From: a virus
Taxonomy: Duplodnaviria; Heunggongvirae; Uroviricota; Caudoviricetes; Schitoviridae
Length of the DNA: 64,000 nt
Virus record (IMG/VR): IMGVR_UViG_2974544868_000001
Location: 1-64,000 of that record
Strand: one strand, 5' to 3'
Shown here: positions 7,951-15,472 of the stretch, piece by piece
How positions within the stretch are numbered: position 1 is the first letter of the stretch
How the letters are laid out: each line of letters opens with the position of its first letter
Made by a program: the position numbers and the translations under genes
Notes under the pieces: model-generated
Databases searched by the model: none
The model's input: the letters and a program-made list of their open reading frames with translations, nothing else
What the model was told of the DNA's origin: nothing

Positions 7951-8997
7951 ATGCCTGTACTGCAAGTCGCCTACAAGGAAGCGGCACCAAAGGTTGCTCT
8001 CGTTCAGATCGATGGCACCACTCTGCCGAGTGGTTACGTTGATGCTGGTTCCTTCGATCACCCCGATCCGGTCTACCCCGGCTCCCTCGTGCTGTATCAC
8101 GGTGTCCGTGATGCCCTGTACCACTTCAAGCAGCTCAACATGGGCGAAGTGGAAATCCAGCTGGACGATGATGTCGTCGCCTCCTACGTCACGAGCATCG
8201 ATGTGCCGTGGGGTGGACGTGATCTACGTCTGGATGATCCGCTGTATATCACGGATCGTCTCAACGCCCGTGCATGGCCTCCGGGTGCTGGTGATACCTC
8301 GCTGACCTACGAGTCCAGCGATCCCACCATCGTCAGCGTCAGTGACGAAGGTGTGCTGACTGCCCGTAAAAAGGGTACGGCCACCATCACTATCACTGCT
8401 CCGGGCAGCGAAGGCACTACCAAGCTGACCAAGAAGGTCACTGTGACTGTCGGCGGTTCCGCCGAGAATCCACCACCGCCAATCGCTGTCACTGGTGTCA
8501 CCGTGACTCCAACCACTGCTTCCAAGCAGGTCGGCCAGACTCAGCAGCTGACTGCTGAGGTTGCCCCGGCCAATGCTTCGAACAAGAAGGTCAACTGGAG
8601 CACCAGTGACGCCACCAAGGCCACCGTTTCGGCGACTGGTCTGGTCACTGCGGTGGCTGCTGGTTCGGCAACCATCACGGCAACGACCGAAGATGGAGCC
8701 AAGAAGGCTACCTCGACGATCACCGTCACTGCTGCTACTGTGGCTGTCACGGGTGTCACCGTTGCACCGACCACCAGCTCCAAGGCCATGGGTGAAACCC
8801 AGCAGCTGACCCCGACTATCGCTCCGGCGAATGCCACCAACAAGGGTGTGAGCTACTCGTCGGCAACCCCGGCTGTGGCCACCGTCAACACTGCTGGTCT
8901 GGTCACTGCCGTATCGGCCGGTACTTCTGTCATCACGGTCAAGACCTCCGATGGCGACAAGACCGCAACCCATACGATCACTGTCACTGCCAACTGA
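7951..8997 (+). CDS. Ig-like (Big_2) triple-repeat protein, N4 gp17-like capsid decoration candidate
   Basis: three tandem Big_2-like repeats of about 85 aa ('VTGVTVTPTTASKQVGQTQQLTAEVAPANASNKKVNWSTSD...TITVTA'); the DNA shows diverged repeats of about 255 bp. Confidence 0.6.
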   Translation: MPVLQVAYKEAAPKVALVQIDGTTLPSGYVDAGSFDHPDPVYPGSLVLYHGVRDALYHFKQLNMGEVEIQLDDDVVASYVTSIDVPWGGRDLRLDDPLYITDRLNARAWPPGAGDTSLTYESSDPTIVSVSDEGVLTARKKGTATITITAPGSEGTTKLTKKVTVTVGGSAENPPPPIAVTGVTVTPTTASKQVGQTQQLTAEVAPANASNKKVNWSTSDATKATVSATGLVTAVAAGSATITATTEDGAKKATSTITVTAATVAVTGVTVAPTTSSKAMGETQQLTPTIAPANATNKGVSYSSATPAVATVNTAGLVTAVSAGTSVITVKTSDGDKTATHTITVTAN

Positions 8998-9026
8998 TTC
9001 GTTTCTCTGAATCATTGAACCAAGAG

Positions 9027-9052
9027 GCCCGCAGAAATGCGGGCCTTTTTCG
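9027..9052 (+). terminator. rho-independent terminator
   Basis: 'ggcccgcagaaatgcgggcc' followed by tttttc. Confidence 0.75.
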
Positions 9053-9068
9053 TTGAGGACTGATAGAC

Positions 9069-9455
9069 ATGAAACTTCGCCACGTTGTCGAAGAAGCTGT
9101 GCAAGAGCTATTTGCCAAACTGTTGGCGAAGCCAGAAGGGGAATGGCTGACTGTGACGTTGACCAAAGGTCGAACCACGTCAGGCAGGAAGGTCATCTAT
9201 GACCGCCTTCAGAAGATGTGCGAGTTGATACTCATTGAGTACAACCTCGACCCATCTCAGTTTCGAATCTGCAAAGGGTTTCCGAACGAGTGGGCGCAGA
9301 TGCCCGCTAATCAGCAATCCAAGCTGTACCGAGCAGCTATTGCCACCTACAACGGAGGCAACTACAAGATGATGCACGGCCGTCAGGCTGGTAAGAGTCA
9401 GCTGCACCAAATCCTTCGATCCATGAACAAACCACTACCCCGAGGTAAGCCATGA
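9069..9455 (+). CDS. hypothetical protein (128 aa)
   Basis: ORF after the terminator; upstream 'gaggactgatagac ATG'. Confidence 0.5.
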   Translation: MKLRHVVEEAVQELFAKLLAKPEGEWLTVTLTKGRTTSGRKVIYDRLQKMCELILIEYNLDPSQFRICKGFPNEWAQMPANQQSKLYRAAIATYNGGNYKMMHGRQAGKSQLHQILRSMNKPLPRGKP

Positions 9456-9823
9456 GCAGCACCGTTCGTCAGCACGGCTTCATTGCCGTACTCGCCCGCC
9501 CCATTCCGGAAGATCAGCGTGAGGATCTGACCGAGAAGCTCTACAACGCCAAGTCCAAGCTGGACATCAACTACGAAGGCACCCTCGTGTACTTCGATGC
9601 GAATCGCCATGAGAGCTGGGAAATCCGTGAGGATGTGTATGGTCTGTTCTTCGGCCACGATGTCTCGCATCGTGAGCAGATGGAAGCAGAACTGCTGACC
9701 CACAATCTGATGATTGATGGGCACACCATGCGTCCGTACAACTGCATCTACTACAACGGTAGTGACAGTCCGTTGGATCTGCTGTCCAAGGAAGAATTCT
9801 TCCGTAAGACGCAGCAAGTCTGA
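9452..9823 (+). CDS. hypothetical protein (123 aa)
   Basis: ATGA overlap with the upstream gene. Confidence 0.5.
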   Translation: MSSTVRQHGFIAVLARPIPEDQREDLTEKLYNAKSKLDINYEGTLVYFDANRHESWEIREDVYGLFFGHDVSHREQMEAELLTHNLMIDGHTMRPYNCIYYNGSDSPLDLLSKEEFFRKTQQV

Positions 9824-10170
9824 TGAAACATCATGACCGTCGAAAGACGATCATCGAGAAAATTGAAAGCCGGTGTTCCGTTGAGGACACCGGCTTTCGT
9901 GTTGAAGGCAAGCCCTCACCATGTCATCTCTGGACTGGTCCGACATCTGGCTCTGGTCGAGGTGGTGGCTATGGCCGCATGTCTCTCGATGGTCAGACCG
10001 TAGCAGTACACCTTGTTGCCTACACTCATTACTACGGGTACATCCCGAGTAAGAAACAGGTGGATCACCTGTGCAACCAAAGGAAGTGCTGCAACCCTCA
10101 GCATCTGGAGCTGGTCACTCATCTCCAGAACCAAAGGCGTCGTGACAAACGAGCCAAGGGGAAGACATGA
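9823..10170 (+). CDS. HNH homing-endonuclease-like protein
   Basis: 'CHLWTG...GYG...VAVHLVAYTHYYG...VDHLCNQRKCCNPQHLELVTHLQN' is a His-Me finger/HNH_3 pattern. Confidence 0.6.
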   Translation: MKHHDRRKTIIEKIESRCSVEDTGFRVEGKPSPCHLWTGPTSGSGRGGGYGRMSLDGQTVAVHLVAYTHYYGYIPSKKQVDHLCNQRKCCNPQHLELVTHLQNQRRRDKRAKGKT

Positions 10171-10367
10171 GCGATGAAAATTCCATTCTTGGGTATCGAG
10201 CTGACGGTTCGCCGATTGAGAATCGGCAACCCGGTTTCTTCTACACCGCAGCACTCATCATCTGCCACCACTGCAATGGAACCATTTCTGGCAGCGGCGG
10301 TCCTGCACACGGCTCGACTTGTGCGAGCTGCTGGGACAAGGGGTATCGATACCATGGCAACGAATGA
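10167..10367 (+). CDS. small Cys-rich (zinc-ribbon-like) protein (66 aa)
   Basis: ATGA overlap with the HNH gene; 'CHHCNG...CASCWD' gives four Cys in a CxxC...CxxC arrangement. Confidence 0.35.
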   Translation: MSDENSILGYRADGSPIENRQPGFFYTAALIICHHCNGTISGSGGPAHGSTCASCWDKGYRYHGNE

Positions 10368-10668
10368 TCTGCACAACCCCATTCCTGAGTATTCGGAACG
10401 GTTGTGGGGTCAGCCCAACAGGCACGACATCTTGGTGACTGATGAAACAGCCACCATGCCACGTCTGGCTTTCGATGTACTTAGGGAGTACAGCCACAGT
10501 ACACCCACCGCCGTAGCCGATGGGAAAATGTGGAAGTTGCGTTTCGAATGCTATCGAACCATGGAGGTCACTTGGTATCTCCGTTGGTACGCCATCACCA
10601 ACAAGCAAGTCACGATCCACAGTCGCAAGATTGTGATCGCTGACTGGAAGCAACTCTTAGGAAGCTGA
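10354..10668 (+). CDS. hypothetical protein (104 aa)
   Basis: internal ATG of track ORF 10174..10668 that overlaps the upstream stop by 14 nt; the longer form would overlap two genes. Confidence 0.4.
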   Translation: MATNDLHNPIPEYSERLWGQPNRHDILVTDETATMPRLAFDVLREYSHSTPTAVADGKMWKLRFECYRTMEVTWYLRWYAITNKQVTIHSRKIVIADWKQLLGS

Positions 10669-10669
10669 C

Positions 10670-11041
10670 ATGAGCAAGGTCATCTACCTCGATGGGACTG
10701 AGACTCTGGTTCTGACTCGTGAGATGGTTCTTGGTCGGCGAGACAATCGCCATTGCCCTCTGAGGGACTGGGAAATCACAGTCATGATGATGATTGCACA
10801 TGCTGCCCGGTTTCCGGGTGCAGCAATCATCGGTGAGTACAACCCGAACGAATCACCACATCGCGGACAAATGGTAGAGCTGGTTACGGGACTGATGCGC
10901 ACACGCATGATTTTCATGCGGGAAGGTCAGTACCTTTTCAGGGTCTACGACACAGAAATGGTGCTTCGGTTTTATGACCGAGGCGGCCCCAACGACAACG
11001 AACTCATAAGGATTGACCTCGGATGGAACTCCTTTCCGTAA
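10670..11041 (+). CDS. hypothetical protein (123 aa)
   Basis: ATG 2 nt after the upstream stop. Confidence 0.5.
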   Translation: MSKVIYLDGTETLVLTREMVLGRRDNRHCPLRDWEITVMMMIAHAARFPGAAIIGEYNPNESPHRGQMVELVTGLMRTRMIFMREGQYLFRVYDTEMVLRFYDRGGPNDNELIRIDLGWNSFP

Positions 11042-12066
11042 ACACCCGTGAACTGAAAACCATGCTGTCAATCTGCATGGAATCCAACCTCGTTCCCATG
11101 ATCCATGGTTCCCCCGGCATCGGTAAGTCGGCTGTGACCCATGGTGTGTCCGACGATTACCAGCTGCAACTGATCGATCATCGTCTGAGCACTGCCGCTC
11201 CGGAAGATCAGACCGGCTTGCCGTTCCGTGATGGAGATCGTGCACGCTTCATGCCGTTCGCCGATCTGTTCCCGATTGCCGGGGACAAAATCCCGACCGG
11301 CAAGCAGGGTTGGTTGTTGTTCCTCGATGAGATCAACTCGGCTCCGAAGTCAGTCATGGCATCGGCCTACAAGCTGATCCTCGACCGCATGACTGGCCAG
11401 CACAAGCTGCATGAGAACGTAGCGATCATTGCTGCGGGTAATCTCAAGACCGACCGTGCAATCACCAACGACATCGGCACTGCCTTGCAGAGTCGCATGG
11501 TCCATCTGGAGCTGCGTGTCGATCACAAGATCTGGATGGAAGACGTAGCTCTGGCTCAGAACTACGATGACCGTATCATCGGTTTCCTCAGCATGTTCCC
11601 GGACAAGCTGATGGACTTCCGTCCCGATCACAATGACCGCACCTTCTGCTGCCCACGCACGTGGGAGTTCATGAACCGCATGATGCACCACATGGATGGC
11701 AGCCCCCGTGCAGTCACCAGTGCCAATGCGGCCTTGTACGCCGGTACGATCACCTCGGGTGTTGCTACCGAGTTCCTGACCTACTGCAAACATGCAGCCG
11801 ATCTGGTCAGTCTCGAAGACGTGCTGAAAGCTCCTGCGGAGTGCCGTGTGCCCTACGAAGCAGCGGTCAAGTACGCCACTACCACCCACCTGCTGTCGTC
11901 CGTCAAGGGCGATACGCTGGCTCCAGTGCTGGAATACATCACCCGGTATGATGCCAGCTTCAAGATCATGTTCGCCCGGCAGCTGGCGATCCGTCATCCC
12001 ACACTGGCAGGGCATCCGGCATTCGCTCAGTTTCTGAGCAAGATGACCCACCTGCTCAACGCCTGA
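11023..12066 (+). CDS. MoxR-family AAA+ ATPase
   Basis: Walker A 'GSPGIGKS', Walker B 'LLFLDEINSA', single AAA module of about 350 aa. Confidence 0.75.
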   Translation: MELLSVNTRELKTMLSICMESNLVPMIHGSPGIGKSAVTHGVSDDYQLQLIDHRLSTAAPEDQTGLPFRDGDRARFMPFADLFPIAGDKIPTGKQGWLLFLDEINSAPKSVMASAYKLILDRMTGQHKLHENVAIIAAGNLKTDRAITNDIGTALQSRMVHLELRVDHKIWMEDVALAQNYDDRIIGFLSMFPDKLMDFRPDHNDRTFCCPRTWEFMNRMMHHMDGSPRAVTSANAALYAGTITSGVATEFLTYCKHAADLVSLEDVLKAPAECRVPYEAAVKYATTTHLLSSVKGDTLAPVLEYITRYDASFKIMFARQLAIRHPTLAGHPAFAQFLSKMTHLLNA

Positions 12067-12080
12067 ACCAAGGAGGCTGT

Positions 12081-13235
12081 ATGGCTTACTCCGCCTGCCC
12101 GGAAAAAGACCTCAACCTGTACGAACTCAACAATCGTCTGGACAAGGCAAAGACCCAGATCTTTCTGGGTAGCAACTCGGGCTTCTATGGCTCGTTGCTG
12201 TGCAGCCTCAACTTCATCTGGTCACGTGAGTGCCAAACGGCAGCCACCGATGGTGTCAACATCTGGTGGAATCCCGATTGGTTCATGACCCTCTCGATCA
12301 AGACGGTGGCAACGATCATCCGTCATGAGCTGGATCATGTTGCTCGACTGCACATGCTGCGGAAGGGCGACCGTGACATGCGTATCTGGAACTATGCCTG
12401 CGATTACCGGATCAACAACGATCTGGAAAACGATGGCTACAAGTTCGATGGTACGCATCCACTGATCGATCACTCGTTCGACAAGAATGAGCTGATGGCT
12501 GAAGAAGACATCTACCGTCTTCTGACCCAGAAGGGTGCACCCTCTCTTGGCTCATGGGAGCCAGATGGTGAAGTGGACATCGTGCCTGTCGAAGTCACTC
12601 CGGAGATCGCCAACAAGATCATCGGTAACGTGGTCTCGGCGGTGCACACTGCCAAGGCTTGTGGTGAACAGACGCCGGGCAATGTAAGCAAGATTGTGGA
12701 GCAATTCCTCAATCCGATCATCGACTGGCGAATCACCCTGCGTCAGTTCTTCACTGATCAGATGAACCAAGACTTCTCCTATCGTCGGCCCAATCGTCGT
12801 TTCCACGATGAGTATCTGCCGAGTCTGATGGATGAGGATGAAGGCCGTCTTGAGTGCCTGCTGTATTTCCAAGACGTATCTGGCTCGATCACCGAGCAAG
12901 ACAGTCTGCGATTCAATTCTGAGCTGAAATATGTCTGGGACGATCTCCGTCCCAAGAAGATCATCGTTGCTCAGTTCGACACGATCATCCAAAAGGTGGA
13001 CGTGTTCGAGAACGAAGACCGATTCGACTGGATCGAAACGGTTGGTGGTGGCGGTACGTCACTTGAACCAGTGCTTGAGATGATCCTGAAAGAGAAGCCG
13101 ACAGCCGCTGTGATTTTCAGCGATCTGTTCTGCGCTCCGATGGATTGCTCCAGCGTCCACTGCCCTCTCATCTGGGTCACTATCGGAAACCGAAGTGCAC
13201 AGGTTGAGAAGGGCGTCATGATCCACATCAAGTAA
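12081..13235 (+). CDS. VWA-domain protein with N-terminal HExxH metallopeptidase-like domain (DUF2201-like MoxR partner)
   Basis: 'IIRHELDHVARLH' HExxH motif; C-terminal MIDAS 'FQDVSGS'; RBS 'aaggagg'; sits directly downstream of the MoxR gene. Confidence 0.65.
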   Translation: MAYSACPEKDLNLYELNNRLDKAKTQIFLGSNSGFYGSLLCSLNFIWSRECQTAATDGVNIWWNPDWFMTLSIKTVATIIRHELDHVARLHMLRKGDRDMRIWNYACDYRINNDLENDGYKFDGTHPLIDHSFDKNELMAEEDIYRLLTQKGAPSLGSWEPDGEVDIVPVEVTPEIANKIIGNVVSAVHTAKACGEQTPGNVSKIVEQFLNPIIDWRITLRQFFTDQMNQDFSYRRPNRRFHDEYLPSLMDEDEGRLECLLYFQDVSGSITEQDSLRFNSELKYVWDDLRPKKIIVAQFDTIIQKVDVFENEDRFDWIETVGGGGTSLEPVLEMILKEKPTAAVIFSDLFCAPMDCSSVHCPLIWVTIGNRSAQVEKGVMIHIK

Positions 13236-13245
13236 AGGAACTCTC

Positions 13246-13503
13246 ATGTTCAATCGCGGAAAGATGTTGATGGCCGGTCTGCTGGCTGGCCTCGGTGCAA
13301 CTGCTGGTCGCCGTAAGGTTGACCAGACTCCGGTTGCCAAGACCAAGGGCATTGCCCGTCATCGCAACCCGAATGCTCGCTACCACGGTGGCAAGCATAC
13401 GTCCCGTGCACTGCCGCACATCCACGAAGCCTACATCGTGGAAGCCCAGAAGAAGCGTGATCGCAAGAACGCGAAGCGGGCCATCGAATTCGGGTACGCC
13501 TGA
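13246..13503 (+). CDS. small basic protein (85 aa)
   Basis: RBS 'aaggaa'; Lys/Arg-rich. Confidence 0.45.
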   Translation: MFNRGKMLMAGLLAGLGATAGRRKVDQTPVAKTKGIARHRNPNARYHGGKHTSRALPHIHEAYIVEAQKKRDRKNAKRAIEFGYA

Positions 13504-13505
13504 TC

Positions 13506-14006
13506 ATGATCATCAACGGACACGCTCTCCTGTCGGCCGCACCCATCGTGGACATGGTTCCTCATAAGATCACCAACGGTGACGTGTCCTATGGTCTGGG
13601 CGAAGCTGGATACGACATCCGCATCAAGCAGAAGGTTCGCTTCTACCGCTGCAATGTCACTGGCATTCCGAAGGTGGAAGTAGATGACAGCTGGTATGAC
13701 AACGTAGGTACTTTCACTTTGGCCTCGGCCATCGAGGAATTCCAGATGCCCTCGCATCTGGTGGGCATCGTTCACGACAAGTCCACATGGGCACGTCGTG
13801 GTCTGTCGGTGTTCAACACAGTCATCGAGCCGGGCTGGAAGGGCTTCCTGACTCTGGAACTGGTCTACCACGGTTGGGATGAGTTGGTCATCCCCGCTGG
13901 CTCAGGCATTGCCCAAGTCGTCTTCCACGAGACGGCTTGCAATGCTCGATACAATGGTAAGTACCAGAACCAAGAGGATAAACCCGTTGCAGCCCGAAAA
14001 GCCTGA
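13506..14006 (+). CDS. dcd: dCTP deaminase / dUTPase-fold protein
   Basis: 'GLGEAGYDIRI' and 'IEPGWKGFLTLELVYHG' match the Dcd/dUTPase trimeric-fold signatures. Confidence 0.65.
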   Translation: MIINGHALLSAAPIVDMVPHKITNGDVSYGLGEAGYDIRIKQKVRFYRCNVTGIPKVEVDDSWYDNVGTFTLASAIEEFQMPSHLVGIVHDKSTWARRGLSVFNTVIEPGWKGFLTLELVYHGWDELVIPAGSGIAQVVFHETACNARYNGKYQNQEDKPVAARKA

Positions 14007-14157
14007 GATCGATTACTCGATCTATCCAGAACCTCCAAAGCCACGTAAGCGCAAACACCCGTATCGGGTCATGCTTGATCATCCGAAGCGGCAGCATCTA
14101 CCTGAGCCGCACAAGCAATTCGATACGGGACTTACTCGACGCAACCGAGCAAGGTGA
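13879..14157 (+). CDS. possible small basic protein; start uncertain (an in-frame TTG at about 13990 would avoid overlapping dcd)
   Basis: the ORF overlaps dcd by 128 nt in another frame; only the last 50-60 codons are free of overlap. Confidence 0.2.
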   Translation: MSWSSPLAQALPKSSSTRRLAMLDTMVSTRTKRINPLQPEKPEIDYSIYPEPPKPRKRKHPYRVMLDHPKRQHLPEPHKQFDTGLTRRNRAR

Positions 14158-14160
14158 ACC

Positions 14161-14409
14161 ATGAAGACCTTTGCCAATCTCTGCATGGCTTGTAACAAGC
14201 AGCATGTGTGGGCATTGGTCCACCCCATGTACGCCAGTGTATGCGGGGACTGTGTAAAAACAGATCCCCGTGTTGACTGGGATGAATCAGAAGAACAGTA
14301 CACGCTGTTCGGCTATTGCAGTTGTGGTGAACGTGGGCCTGTCAACTTTGGTAGGCATGACACGGACTATCAGTATTACTGCAATGGCAGTCCTCGTTGC
14401 TGCCCCTGA
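14161..14409 (+). CDS. Cys-rich small protein (82 aa), probable zinc-binding
   Basis: ten Cys, including CxxC motifs ('CMACNK', 'CGDCVK', 'CSCGE'). Confidence 0.45.
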   Translation: MKTFANLCMACNKQHVWALVHPMYASVCGDCVKTDPRVDWDESEEQYTLFGYCSCGERGPVNFGRHDTDYQYYCNGSPRCCP

Positions 14410-14453
14410 TTCTTTTTCGTGGGCATTCGCCCACAACCAACAAGGAGCTTTCC

Positions 14454-15059
14454 ATGGCAACTGCCAAGAGCAAGAAGACTGTCACCAAGAAGGTGGCCAA
14501 GAAGACTGCTGACAAGAAGAAGCCGATCAAGGTTTCTGCTGCACAGGCCCGCAAGGCGATGAAGGGTGCCAACGTCATCCAGCCGCCGAAGAAGCGTGCA
14601 TACAAGCGCAAGCCGAAGGTCGAACTGAACGCACCACTGCCGCCATCGGAACTGATGCAGGCAGAAGCTGCTGGTCCGAACCCGAACTACGTTTCGGAGC
14701 CGAAGACCCTGAGCCTGTTCGACGTGAACCTGCTGGACGTGCGTGGCATGCCGCTGGCCGTCAAGGCCATGTTCCTGCTGGAACTGCAATCGCTGGGCTT
14801 CGTGGACATTGATCTGGAGACCCCGGTCGATGCCGGTCTGCTGTCCCCGATCAGCCTGCGTGCCATGGAAGTGGTTCGCCTGAACCAGCAAAACAAGATC
14901 CTGACCTTCCGCAAGTACAAGGATCTGAAGACCGAAGATGGTGTCATCACCATCCCGACCGCCTACAACGCTGGCGTCGTCGTCTTCGACACCGAAAAGC
15001 GTCTGGCCACTCCGGAATCTCTGGAAGTGGACGGCGTGACGTACAGCAAGGTTCTGTGA
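14454..15059 (+). CDS. protein with Lys/Ala-rich histone-H1-like N-terminal tail (possible DNA-binding)
   Basis: RBS 'aaggag'; 'MATAKSKKTVTKKVAKKTADKKKPIKVSAAQARKAMKG...'. Confidence 0.55.
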   Translation: MATAKSKKTVTKKVAKKTADKKKPIKVSAAQARKAMKGANVIQPPKKRAYKRKPKVELNAPLPPSELMQAEAAGPNPNYVSEPKTLSLFDVNLLDVRGMPLAVKAMFLLELQSLGFVDIDLETPVDAGLLSPISLRAMEVVRLNQQNKILTFRKYKDLKTEDGVITIPTAYNAGVVVFDTEKRLATPESLEVDGVTYSKVL

Positions 15060-15241
15060 TCCTTTTGATGGGGTGATCTACCCCGGAGGGAAGACCTGCG
15101 TCTCAGCACCGCAGGCATGAGCGAGTCGTGAGACTTTAAAAATTGCTCAGACACACGACGGTGTGGCAGTCGGTGGAAGCCCGACACCTTTTCTATGCCA
15201 AGTGCCGAAAGGCGGTTAGCTCGTGGTGCAACCCCACAGCC

Positions 15242-15286
15242 GAGTAGCGATGGTTCAGTATCCGGTTCAAGTCCGGGGCGCTACTC
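15242..15286 (+). ncRNA. tRNA-like minihelix (acceptor-like stem plus canonical T-arm), no anticodon or D arms
   Basis: 'gagtagcg' pairs with 'cgctactc' around 'tccgg TTCAAGT ccggg' (T-loop consensus TTCRANT); sits inside a 410-nt gene-free gap. Confidence 0.3.
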
Positions 15287-15472
15287 ACTTGGCTCCATAG
15301 AGCAATTCAGAAGCGGCAAAAGGGCTACGCCTGCCAGCGATTGCAACTAGCTTAGGCCGAATCAGCTGATAAGCCTTTGCGAAGGATCTTGCATCTGAGC
15401 AGCCACCATATCTCCTACATGGAGAGCCGCTCCTGTATTGCTTTACCCACCCAACGAACCAAGGAGGACATT

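Noticed and set aside
15377-15472. Upstream TTG start of the large 703-aa track ORF
   Set aside because: It has no RBS and would extend into the structured non-coding region. The GTG at 15473 lies 7 nt after a perfect AAGGAGGA.
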